DNA of 64,000 bases, taken from the NCBI GenBank assembly GCA_021613535.1, contig CP075492.1, forward strand, positions 1,798,001-1,862,000, in the 5' to 3' direction. Below the pieces are notes generated by a model. The model saw only the letters and a list, made by a program, of their open reading frames with translations, did no database searches and was not told the DNA's origin. Shown piece after piece: positions 13,572 to 24,516 of the stretch (the first letter of the stretch is position 1; every line of letters starts with the position of its first letter). Source of the DNA: Adineta vaga (taxonomy: Eukaryota > Animalia > Rotifera). Made by a program: the position numbers and the translations under genes.

Positions 13572-13908
13572 TTTCGTTTGATTTATAATTATCAGTACCG
13601 ATAAATAGCGTATACGTTAATATAATTTTCTTTATAGTTAAAATGAAAGATAAAAAATTATTCACTTACATTTATATGAAATATTTGTTATGGCACTTTT
13701 AAACGGCTAAGTGCTGAACAGCTTCTAAGTAGGATGCGGATATCTAACAGTTTCAATCAACATCTAACTTCGTGATTAGTTAAAAAAATATAGAAAATTG
13801 TTGTTATTCAAGGAAATGTAAAGTTTCCTCAAAAAGAAAATGTTTTTATTATATTATGTTCATTTAGAATGATGAAATATTCTTCATCAGAAGCATATTC
13901 CTAGGAAT

Positions 13909-13959
13909 GGTGTGGGTGTGGGTGTATTCGTCTATTGACACCCACAACCACACCCTCAA
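13909..13959. repeat. Telomere-like hairpin element
   Basis: GGTGTGGGTGTGGGTGT ... ACACCCACAACCACACCCTCAA. Confidence 0.85.
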
Positions 13960-14098
13960 CATTTCAACAACTATCTATGTTATTCGTGGAATGATATTTC
14001 TCAATGATGGTCAAACAATGGTTATTATGACTTTTTATAATAATAATCTTCGATTTCTAAGTCGAATAAGTCTTTTTCCAAGTCCACATAGAAAATGA
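13960..14098 (+). pseudogene. Beta-propeller/NHL-like gene fragment
   Basis: IRGMIFLNDGQTMVIMTFYNNNLRFL resembles one propeller blade; no start context; begins right after a hairpin element. Confidence 0.35.
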
Positions 14099-15135
14099 CG
14101 TGTGAGTGATTCATTCTTCTATGTTATATCAAATACAATCAATGTAATCGATTTTGGCTTGCATTTGAAATAGATACTATTTTAGTTTATAATCGAAATG
14201 GAACAAAATTCAACGTTTTCAACCAAATATTCAATGTTAATTTTTGTGATTAATTGCTTAAAAGAAATTCTCAAAAACATACTGTACATTAAAATTAATA
14301 CTCTGATTTTCTCCATTTTGTTACAAACCAATCGAAATATTTCATTTTAATGAATTTATCTATAAACATACGAGAACCTCTTGACCCTGTGTGAACTAAA
14401 GTTTTGATTATTATCAGCATATACTCATCGAACGATTGTTATATCTTATCTATGTAAAAAGTATATTGTATATTTATATGAAGGCTCATTTATTTGATAA
14501 TGTCCTATTACAATGGAAAATGTGGCAAAAAAATCTAACTCAATTTTATAGTTTCTCTCTTATATTTCTTTTAATTCCAAGATAACCTATATAAAATTAG
14601 TATTGTTACATCTTTCACAGCTATGTGACACCATACGAATAAACTCATAAGAATCTATGTCTATTGTAAATCTTTTGTTTTATTTAACTTAACTATTTGA
14701 ATAATAAATTTTGGTGAAGGTTTTTCTCTTATGATTTTTAAAATTTTATTGAAACAAGTATGCAAATCGGTAACCCATAGAAATGTATGAATCATAGAGA
14801 TTTCATAACCTATTGTAGACTGAAATATTTTATATTTTATCGTGGAACTCATAAACAACATCTTTCTTTTTTTTTTCAAATGTACGTCAGCAATTCTTCT
14901 CGTTCTGTTTGTCTATGTTGTTGTGATGACGTGAATCCTAAAATTAAACTGTCGGTACGTTTTTTTCCTGCATATACATATATATATATATAAGGCAAAA
15001 TAGTAAAAAGACAGAAATAATTGAAGAATGATTGGTAATTCCCGAAATGCACGTTCAATCTATATTTCCATGGTTCCAAGTATGAATAAGATATATTTTA
15101 TTCGAAAAAAATTATTCGATTTGATTATTTAAGAT

Positions 15136-15866
15136 ATGTGTTGTCAAACACGATTTGATTCAACTTATCCAAATCAATTGAATGGAATAATTCATCCACA
15201 GGAATTTGAAGAATCACTGAAAAATATTAATAAATCAGTTATTTCAATTCCATTAATAATTATTTGTGTTATTTTACCATTCTTATGTTTATTAGGTGGA
15301 ATTGCATTATTAATTGTCGGTGCTACATCGAGAGATCCAGATGCAAATAAATCTGTCTTATTTCTTGCTATTGGAGGAGGTATTGCAGGTTTTGGAATAA
15401 TTTCTCTAATTATTGGAATTTGTGTTATGCAAGCAGTACAAACATGTCGAATGAGAAAAGCTGTAGCAGAAGAATCAACTAAATATTCTAATAGATCACC
15501 CGTACCATGTGTATGGAGATTAGATGTAACGACAGTTACAGTTAGAGGATACAAAGGTAAAACTTCGTCTCGACGAATTTATACAGTAAGTATTATTTTC
15601 TTTTTTTTTCTGTAGAATAAATTCTATTGTTTCTTATATAGTTAGTGATTACTGTTGGAAGTTCTGGTGAATCCGCAAATGGAAATTATTCAAATCAAAT
15701 GTCATTGCAACCATCATCAACTTTTACACAAAAAAATCAGATATATCCTTCGCCAACACAATATGGTCAAGAATCAACAACAAAATTTTGTTCACAATGC
15801 GGAATGACAAGACCAAATCAAATGGCTAAATTTTGTGCTCAATGTGGTCAATCATTTAATAGATAA
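15136..15866 (+). CDS. Two-TM membrane protein with C-terminal zinc ribbon (intron about 15586-15641)
   Basis: Two hydrophobic helices; C-terminal FCSQCG...FCAQCG; GT-AG intron joins ORFs 15136 and 15645. Confidence 0.75.
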
Positions 15867-16014
15867 AAACATTTCTTATAGACAATTTAGAATATTATAC
15901 AAATCTTTGAGTTCTTCATGCTATATAGATATACTGATAAACTAATCTCTGTTTGTTCTCATATTATTTTCTAAATACATTTATAAACAGCGATGTTGTG
16001 AATAAGCTGAAATA

Positions 16015-16056
16015 GAGGGTGTGGGTGCTAGATAGATATAGTACTCACACCCTCAA
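16015..16056. repeat. Telomere-like hairpin element
   Basis: GAGGGTGTGGGTGC ... GTACTCACACCCTCAA. Confidence 0.85.
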
Positions 16057-16249
16057 CATAGTTTAGTTTTATGTTTTGCACAGAACGCAAAATAGAAAAA
16101 AAAAGATATAAGCCTTCATATTTTATATAGAAATAAAAAATTGCACCAAGACGAGAAATTTGATCACATGTAATAATGTACATAGTAGCTTTTAAAAAAT
16201 AACGAATAATAATAAATATATTCTCATTCAAGAAACACAAACAACATTA

Positions 16250-17233
16250 ATGTCTTTATTACTTCATACATCACCTGTTGAACTGATTTATCGAATTTTT
16301 GATCATATCGACAACGAAACACCTTTTCTATCATGTAGAGATGTTTGTAAAAGACTCAATAATATTCTAGATACATACAATCAATATCAGGTAATTTTTT
16401 TAAATTTATTATGAATCTAACGGATGTTTCATATTAAATGTTATTTTTTGAACATTTTTTTTCTCAACAATTCATGAATATGAAAAACAAGTCTACGCAT
16501 CTATTGAATATATATGGTCATTTATATTTCTTTTATAAAAGTTATTATTTTTTTACCTAATTGAACAAAAAAAGAAAAATATTGCTATTCTTCATAGACA
16601 TTCACTACATTAGAACTTCAATGGTATCAAATCGGTGATAAACGAACAAAACATCTTGCTAATGTTCTTCGACGAAATAAAGTAAAAAACAATTGGTACT
16701 ATTTTTCTTAGTCAATCATTTGATCCTTATTTTTCACAGACACTGACGACAGTCAATCTTTATGGAAATGGAATTAGTGATGAAGGAGCAGAATATTTAG
16801 CAACTGCACTACACGAAAATCAAGTAATATAACTCGTATTACTCTTTTTCTTATATAGTTACTAATTTTTACAGACATTAACTACACTTTATCTCGGAGA
16901 AAATCTTATCAATAATGAAGGAGCCAAGCAATTTGCTAACGCTTTACAACAAAATAAGGTTATACAATATTTCCTATTCTTGTTTTTTTTTGGTTGATTA
17001 ATTATTTTACAGACGTTAACCAAACTTAGTCTTTATGGTAATAATATTGGTGATGAAGGAGCAGAATATCTTGCAAATGCTCTACGACAAAATAAAGTAA
17101 CATCATTCGTACTAATATTTTTCATATTTATGTATTCTTTTCTTAGACATTAGTCGTGCTTGATCTAACGAGTAATAATATTAGTGACAAAGCACAACAA
17201 CGTATCAACAGAATACTCGGAAATAGTGAATGA
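16250..17233 (+). CDS. F-box + RI-like LRR protein, 6 exons (16250-16390, 16598-16681, 16740-16823, 16875-16958, 17013-17096, 17147-17233)
   Basis: MSLLLHTSPVELIYRIFDHI..CKRL (F-box), then four 84-nt phase-0 exons each encoding one 28-aa LRR (e.g. TLTKLSLYGNNIGDEGAEYLANALRQNK). Missed by the ORF track. Confidence 0.9.
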
Positions 17234-17436
17234 ATGAAAAGATAATAATTTTCAAGAGAAAGTCAATAGGGCGAAATTTAAACTATCCCAATCTAATGTT
17301 GATAATCAAATTGATGTTTTTTTTCTCAAATTAATAAAAAATTTATTCATAAAAACAATTTAGAAAGAAAAATATGACAGATATTCAAAACCATTTGCTT
17401 CTCTGACTGTATGATCGATTATCTGGCAAGCTATAT

Positions 17437-17664
17437 CAGAATTTTGAGAATATACTCGCACAATTTCACAATATTGTTATTGAAGTCAATGTATTTACAC
17501 TGCCGGATGAATGTGTTGATTTTCTCACGGAAATGTTGAGCAAACAATTATTACCTCTTTTTCATAATATTCCTCAACTATATCATATTTATATTTTTGA
17601 TGAGAATGAAACATCATATAAAGAAGAGATAAACAAATGGGTAAAAATCGACGGATTTTTTTAA
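17437..17664 (+). pseudogene. Fragment of the N-terminal domain of an ART-TPR-type gene
   Basis: DECVDFLTE..LSKQLLPLFHNIPQLYHIYIF aligns by eye to DECIDYLTE..LSEQLIPLIKDISQIYSIYIF of ORF 49226-51481, with an internal deletion and premature TAA. Confidence 0.7.
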
Positions 17665-17675
17665 TGGAATCAAAC

Positions 17676-17735
17676 TTGAGGGTGTGGGTGGATATAAGTG
17701 AGGATATGAGATGAGTAAAACACCCACACCCTCAA
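17676..17735. repeat. Telomere-like hairpin element (perfect 15-bp arms)
   Basis: TTGAGGGTGTGGGTG ... CACCCACACCCTCAA. Confidence 0.9.
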
Positions 17736-18810
17736 ATCGATTGAAATTAATTTTCTTGACAAAAAAAAACGAAGAATGTAGTATTAAATCAGATTTTCTG
17801 TACTATTTTTTTTACGTGGGATGTCAAAGTGCATCAAAATATACTAAGCACGTGCATAAAGAAAATGATCCACGAATTAAGAAAAATCGAAAGGACAAAA
17901 GCCATGCATGCGGCGCATGCCAACGAGAGCGCCATAGTAATTTCCAAATAAAAGTGTAGCTTCAATTTATTTAAAATCAATATATCAAGGGGCAACAAAC
18001 TGATTCATGATATCATGATTTCACTGCTTTTAAATAATGATATCAGTTTTAGAATTCCTTCAAAACACATAAAAACGGCATGAAATTATAAAAGACCAAC
18101 ACTGAAGGATGAAACTAGTCGGATCGTTAAAATCCAAAAAAAGCAAGCAAAATATTAGAAATAAATAGAAATTAATAAAATCACTTTTAATTATATAAGT
18201 GAGGGTTTTTCGCTGGCTTATATTGATTTCTAATTATTTCTCATAGTTCCAGATAGTTTCTAAAAATTTTCGATAAGTTCTCACATCTCCTAGGCAGATT
18301 CTTATGCGTTGTATGTGAATAGTGATTCCAAGATGTTAAAATCAGTTCGTTCCTCCTTGTGATATGTGCATGTTCGCCACATATATTATCAATTTTTTAA
18401 TAACTTGATACATCATCCATAAGAAGTTTACTAGTTTAATACGTTGTGATACGTCTGATATGTTACTTAGCTTTTCAATATGAACGATATTACAGATGGT
18501 CAGATGGCAACTGCTTGATATATCAGTTATCTATTATTTTTCACAAATACTGATCGAACAACGAGAAGTCCATGAGGTATCAAATATCGCTTATTTTCAC
18601 AACACTATAAAGCAGTTAATCACTTTCAATTTATGAGAGATTACTTTCTAACAGATGCGTTATTAGTGATCGATCGATCGATGTGTACATATAGTCGCTG
18701 CACGACCATAGAAAAACACCATTCTCCTCCCTACTCATTTTCATCCACCACTCCATCCTCAAACATCAATCAATAACAGAAGGTGAGTTTTCGAAGTATT
18801 CCAAGTTACT

Positions 18811-18851
18811 TACGACGCGTTTCGTCCTTGCTTTAATGGATTCGTCAGATC
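18811..18851 (-). ncRNA. Degenerate minimal hammerhead ribozyme motif (Penelope-like element remnant)
   Basis: Minus strand reads CTGACGA-aTCC attaaagcaa GGAc-GAAA-CGCG-TC: core boxes plus a palindromic stem III; stem I is weak. Confidence 0.5.
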
Positions 18852-19642
18852 AATTTGAATTGAATTTATTTGGATAAAATAGTCTGTCAGAAATCAAAAG
18901 AAAGTTATAAGAGTCAATGAAAAGACTGTCAGCAGCAATTTAAAGTCGAGATAAGCTTCATTTATATATTTGGTTGATCTCTTTATGAGACTCGAACCAT
19001 GTATCTCCTCCTGCATCCGAGCAGATATTCTATCAATTGAATGAAAAGAGATTTTTTAGCTTCAATCACGCGCAATTGTTCTTATCTTATAAAACAAAAG
19101 ATACATTTGGTTGTGTATACATAGACGAATATGAGTCGCGGCTTTCTAGCTACCGATACGCGCCCTCGTGCCGTTGCAACTAAGAAGAAGTTGTGTATAA
19201 CGTGCGGACAAAATTCTTTTCCTTCAAGGGAAATCGTTTTGAAAAGTTTCGAATACTTTTCATATCAGACTAGAAAAGGCACATCTCAGTGGAAGGTATG
19301 TCGTTTAGTTTATTCTTGCCCATATGACTAATGAGATGATGATTATTGTGAGTATGTATTCTGAAGAGTAGATCAAAGCAGTTATCTCGAGAACATATTT
19401 TCCAAAAAGAATAGTTCCAGTGTCGATTAATGATCGAAAAATGAGCAGCAACGAAGTTAAAATAGAATTTTCGAGAAACGAACGAAATTGTACTTCGAAA
19501 ATAGAAAGTATATTGAAAATTTGTTCGCAAAGTAAAATCAAGATTGAAAAAAAGGTGATTAGTAAGAAATTTGATTAAATAGATTCATACTTGAAAGAAG
19601 AAGTTAGTATTGAATTATTCTTGAGATTCATTATATTGAAAG

Positions 19643-19826
19643 TGAGGTACTTGGATCCTCATATGCCTACCATACAGGGTTACCTAGGTGCCTATGTGGC
19701 CATCCTATGAGAGACCGGACGAGGACCTAAGCATCTTTCATGGAGTAGCTATATGTGAATCCAAGTACTCCTCATAGGGTAACTAGATGGGGACGTAAGA
19801 ACCTTGACATGGTTGTTTTTTACCAA
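19643..19826. repeat. Decayed MITE-like element with internal inverted repeat
   Basis: TGAGGTACTTGGATCCTCATAT near 19643 is complementary to ATATGTGAATCCAAGTACTCCTCA near 19751-19774. Confidence 0.4.
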
Positions 19827-20564
19827 TGCTATAAGCGCTTTAACTTCAAAACGTTTAAAGTTAAAGTTCCACCAGTAACAAGACTTCGACCATGAGCAGG
19901 GTGTCGGCCAGTAAACACTCCAGTTCATGTCTATCGCAAGGCATCTCTTGGTGTCGATTTGTAGTGCTTTTTTGACCTTGTACTCGGTTCGGTGTCTTTT
20001 CCTTTGACATTAAGTGGCAATAAGTGAATGGAGCAGCTCGGTTCTATATATGAAAATAAGCAAGGATTGGATCGTCAATGTTTGCCACTATCTACGCGGT
20101 AGAGCAAATGATTCAAAAATGAAAAAAACTCAAACTAAAAATGTAAAAATCCTTAACTTCAGATTTTCGAAGGAGCCATAAACTCAATTTAATGTTTTAT
20201 TCAAGCGTATTTCATTTTACGATGTATTTTGATGCACATGAGCCTCGTCACTTCACTAACACTTTTAAACTAACTCTAACCTTGGACTTCGAAACCGCTA
20301 ATCAGGTATCGTGTTGTCGAAATTTTAGTAAAGGATTTTAATTTTTGAGCCAGTCGTCTTTTGTTAGGACGACAAATAGACTTGCTTATCTTCCTGATCT
20401 TCTGTACCGTTCGCAGTCTCATCTCTCTTCTTCTCTGTATACCACGCCCTACTACATATGCATACTCAGTCTTATGCATTCCTATCTTGTGTCAGTTTTT
20501 TAACGCGTATCTGTTGTATGTATTTATTTATTTTTCATAAGCAGCCTCTTAAAACAACTTACCA

Positions 20565-22010
20565 ATGAAGGGTGGACCAATAATTACCATGTTTATGCAA
20601 TGCGTGCTGCTTGTGCTTGGCGACAAGTGGGACCAGTACAACGATCCGTCGACTTGGAACCCGTCGTTCCGATACGAGCTCGACAAACTGCCGACGAGCG
20701 GTCAGTCACGGAAGATCCCATGGAGTGACACGTACTGGCCGAGCTATCGTGGTGGCATCGCGAATCGTTGGCAGGACGAAAAGAACAGCTATCCCGGCTT
20801 CGACTACAAGCTGTATACGCTGGAAGAGCTGAAGAACGGTAGTGTCGACCTCAACATCCTATCACCGGCGGAAAAATTCGATATCTTCAATTCACGCTAT
20901 GACTACCCGCTGTTGAACTCGGAGTGGCATCGCTGCAACCTCAATGACGCGCGTTGGGAGGGCATTTGTCACGGTTGGGCACCGGCTGCGATCCATTACG
21001 AGGAACCGAAGAACGTGACGGTGAAAAACAAAGAAGGCCTTGAAATTTCGTTCGGCTCGAGTGACGTGAAGGCGCTGCTATCGTACTTTTTGGCACAATT
21101 CGCGTCGGGCCACGAGAAGACACAATTCATTGCTGAGCGATGCAACACGGACATCAACAATACACCCCAAAAGGCCGACAGCGCCGAGTGCAGGGACACC
21201 AACCCCGGAACTTTCCACGTCATGCTGACGAACATGATCGGCTTCATGAGCACGGCATTTGTCGGTGACGTCGAGCGTAGCAGCGAGGTATGGAACCAGC
21301 CGATCACCAAGTACGAATATACCCTCGGCAACACGAGCACGCCGACAAATACTTCAGCGCCCGGAACGGTCAAGCAACAGTCGGTGAGCTTAACGATGTA
21401 CTACGTTAAAGAGACCCCTCCATTACCAACAGCACACGAGCCACAGATTGTCGACAAGAACTACAACTACCTCCTAGACCTTGACGCGGACGGAACCATC
21501 CTTGGCGGCTCCTATGACGAGAATCAGTGGGAGCGCATCGATTTTATGTGGGCCCAGGAGGAGCCGGAGTTTTTCGGCTATTTCGAGCAACTCGACAAGA
21601 TCTACAAGGCGTCGATTGGTGGTGGCGAAAGAAGGCATTTAATGTCGCGTCGTCCTCGTGTTAGTCTGAAGGACTACCATGCGACGAAAGTGACGACCGG
21701 TGGCATCATTCTGTCATCGTACAATGCGAGCACGCGCCGCTCGTGGTTGGTACCTGCTAACCCTAACAATGGCGTGCGGCTACAATTCAGATCCTTCAAC
21801 ACACGCCGTTTCACCGACTATGTTCGCGTGTTCGAGGTAGAGGACGGCCAGGTCGCTGCGCCGATTGCCGTGCTACACGGCTCGTCGTTGCCCAGAGACA
21901 TCGTTCTTCGCCCAGGCGTTTCGGTGCTTGTCACGTTCAGTGTTGACCAGAAGGCCGCGCACCGCATGTCGTTGGCAAAGGGTACTGGCTTTGAGCTCTT
22001 CGTCCTGTGA
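20565..22010 (+). CDS. Transglutaminase-elicitor (GP42-like) family protein with C-terminal CUB-like domain; horizontal transfer candidate
   Basis: PWSDTYWP, LSPAEKFD, WEGICHGWAPAA (catalytic Cys), SSDVKALL, DTNPGTFH, EVWNQP and YLLDLDADG motifs. CUB-like VRLQFRSFNT..DYVRVF. Intronless and far more GC-rich than the surrounding DNA. Confidence 0.85.
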   Translation: MKGGPIITMFMQCVLLVLGDKWDQYNDPSTWNPSFRYELDKLPTSGQSRKIPWSDTYWPSYRGGIANRWQDEKNSYPGFDYKLYTLEELKNGSVDLNILSPAEKFDIFNSRYDYPLLNSEWHRCNLNDARWEGICHGWAPAAIHYEEPKNVTVKNKEGLEISFGSSDVKALLSYFLAQFASGHEKTQFIAERCNTDINNTPQKADSAECRDTNPGTFHVMLTNMIGFMSTAFVGDVERSSEVWNQPITKYEYTLGNTSTPTNTSAPGTVKQQSVSLTMYYVKETPPLPTAHEPQIVDKNYNYLLDLDADGTILGGSYDENQWERIDFMWAQEEPEFFGYFEQLDKIYKASIGGGERRHLMSRRPRVSLKDYHATKVTTGGIILSSYNASTRRSWLVPANPNNGVRLQFRSFNTRRFTDYVRVFEVEDGQVAAPIAVLHGSSLPRDIVLRPGVSVLVTFSVDQKAAHRMSLAKGTGFELFVL

Positions 22011-23268
22011 GAAGATAGTCACCACTTTCCATCTTTCTTGTTTGTTGCTTTTTTCCGTTGTTACTTTATTGTGTTGTACTTTTATGTGCTTACACTTCTA
22101 ATTAAATTTGAAATCGAAGGAGGAAAAGAAAAAGCTGCAACTAATCACTACACACACTGAACCTACAAGGAGAAGGCAGTGGGGCAGTGAAACTACCAGG
22201 GAGATATAGCAGACGTTCAACAAAAACTGGGGCAAAAGTACGGTGGGTATGACCAACACAAGTCTTTTGAGCAAAACATGGATAATAACTAGGGGAGTAG
22301 AGCTAGCTGAAAGACATCACAGAAGTTCCTCTTTACTTCCGAAGTCCAACTATATTAGTAAATGTAATTGATGATTGGCTTTCATTTGCCTTACTCTTTT
22401 TATACAAAAAGAGTGGCCTACGCATATTACTCCTTCTCTTCTGAAGGTAATACTTCATTACGTACATGTCCTGGGTATTTTGTCCAGTTAATGCAAACGA
22501 ATCTTTCGTTTCCACGAATAGTGACCGAAGAACAAATCTCAGAGCTACTCCTGTTGGGTTTGGGCAAGAAATGGGAAAAGAGGAAAAACCCAAGCGAAGT
22601 TAGGCAAGGTGTATGAGAAAAAGTCCTTTCTCAATACTGCAGTGGATAATGCACTGATAGATCTTAACGATTTCAGTTTATTCAGGAACTCATGAATCTT
22701 TTCTAAGCAGATGTCTACCATTGTTTTAAATGATAGCTTATCTACCCACTTTACTTCCAGGCACTTGAAGCACCTAACCATTTCTAACTTCTGTCCTGTC
22801 ATGTAAATGTCTACTACTAGTCTTTTGATCTGGAAGTGAAAGACTTGGACAACACATTTACCATAGTTAGTTGACTGTTTTCAGAATACTGAACTACAGT
22901 GCAGCCGAATGGATTTTTCCTCTTATGTATTTTTAACTTCTTACGATTTTGGTTCAACCGTCTTTCGCTAATCAGTACATCATGGGAAAGCGCAAAACTT
23001 GCTGCATTTTGTGGTGTATCAGTTACAAGTAACCGACGAAGTTAAGCGAATGAAAACTGTATAACAAAAAGATTTTTTCATGTACAGTTTTATTTCCCTA
23101 TCTCGATTGAGAAGAGAAAATACTTTTTTACATAGATAGCTGATCATAAAAAACATTACTTCCACGCACAATGGCGCAGTTACGATATACATTCACTATT
23201 TCTTCTGTCGAAAGCAATAAAAATGTTTGTGAAAGTGATGTTGGAAGGGTTGTCTTTCTTATTGGATG

Positions 23269-23763
23269 TTAACTTCGAATAACCTCTTTGAACTTATGCC
23301 AAATTGGATTATCTAGTAGAGATACGTACTTTGCTGAAGCTATTGGCATGCAACAAAAGTCTTTGATGAATTTACATTGACCAATTGTTAATCCTTCGAT
23401 CATATGTTTCCTGTTATGAGCTCGACTTTTATCAAATATAAGGTAACCATTGCTAATACATAATCGATTTGCTGTTGGTGCTAATGTATTGACAATCCAT
23501 TCATTTCCTATTTCGTTCCTTACACCTGCAATATCCCTAAGTTTTCGATCAGTAGGTGTCAGAGTTATATAAGGAATTGCTTGAGATCCATTAATAGGAC
23601 CAATAAAATCATAACGTTCAGCATAAGCGGATGATTTTTCTACAATAACGAATGGTTGCTGTCCAAGAACAACAAATGTATGACGAGGAAGTATAATTGC
23701 GTAGCTTGCAATTTCATCGATAAATATCTTCGAATTTAGCAATATCAGTCTAATTTTGACCAT
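23269..23763 (-). CDS. Hypothetical protein, possibly 5'-truncated
   Basis: 164-aa open frame with no recognisable motif; starts 6-7 bp from a hairpin arm. Confidence 0.35.
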   Translation of the reverse strand: MVKIRLILLNSKIFIDEIASYAIILPRHTFVVLGQQPFVIVEKSSAYAERYDFIGPINGSQAIPYITLTPTDRKLRDIAGVRNEIGNEWIVNTLAPTANRLCISNGYLIFDKSRAHNRKHMIEGLTIGQCKFIKDFCCMPIASAKYVSLLDNPIWHKFKEVIRS

Positions 23764-23769
23764 CTACTA

Positions 23770-24005
23770 AGGGTGTGGGTGTGGATAAAGACTGAACACA
23801 CACCCACACCCACCCCACACCCACTCGAAAACCGAAGCAGCCGAAAAAAATCTGAGTAGTTATTTATTGATTTGATGTCGCTTTAAGTAGCTTTGAATCA
23901 ATAGTACCCAATCAGACTTTTTCGGCTGCTTCGGTTTTCGGCTATATTGTCGGCTTTTTATGATGACCCCCGCAACCAACACTAATATCCGCACCCACAC
24001 CCTCA
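23770..24005. repeat. Compound telomere-like hairpin element
   Basis: AGGGTGTGGGTGTGG ... CACACCCACACCC; nested IR; second right arm CACCCACACCCTCA at 23992-24005. Confidence 0.85.
23826..23940. repeat. About 30-bp inverted repeat nested in a telomere-like hairpin
   Basis: CGAAAACCGAAGCAGCCGAAAAAAATCTGA / TCAGACTTTTTCGGCTGCTTCGGTTTTCG. Confidence 0.8.
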
Positions 24006-24516
24006 CTTTCACTCTTAGGACTCTGAAAGTCGAAAGTCTGATAGTTTTCTAACAAAATGTAGGAAAACCAAAATAATTTTAATTTCCCCTGTAACATATA
24101 CATTCGTTGTGTTTTATTACATATTAGATGTAGTTATTACCGTAAGACCATTAAGATGAGGCAATTATACAATCGACACTCAGCTTCTTTGTGATTATGA
24201 CAAATGCATATAACATACGATGTGCGTCATTTTTCTCCGTTCTTCATGCCACATTTATGATAGTTATATCGCTTAGATACTTACCACTATGCTGTCAAAA
24301 GCGACAGAAAAATAAAGAAAAATAAATTTCTTCTTTTCAATGCTGGTAAATATTGTGCTTTACGCAAGTATCGTTTTCCTTTTTTTCCTTCGGGACATTA
24401 TTTCTTGCTTTTTTTTTAAAATTATTATCGTTATCGAATACTCGTAAAAAAATTCTTCGAGAAAGATCTACGAAACGAAAAAGTAGAGAATCTTACTTTC
24501 GTTATTAGCAAGAAAG

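Noticed and set aside
18102-18122. Second hammerhead-like string CTGAAGGATGAAACTAGTC
   Set aside because: Lacks a complete CUGANGA box and stem II.
22333-22802. Short overlapping ORFs downstream of the TGase gene
   Set aside because: Coding-like but fragmented, with no recognisable motif; no product can be supported.
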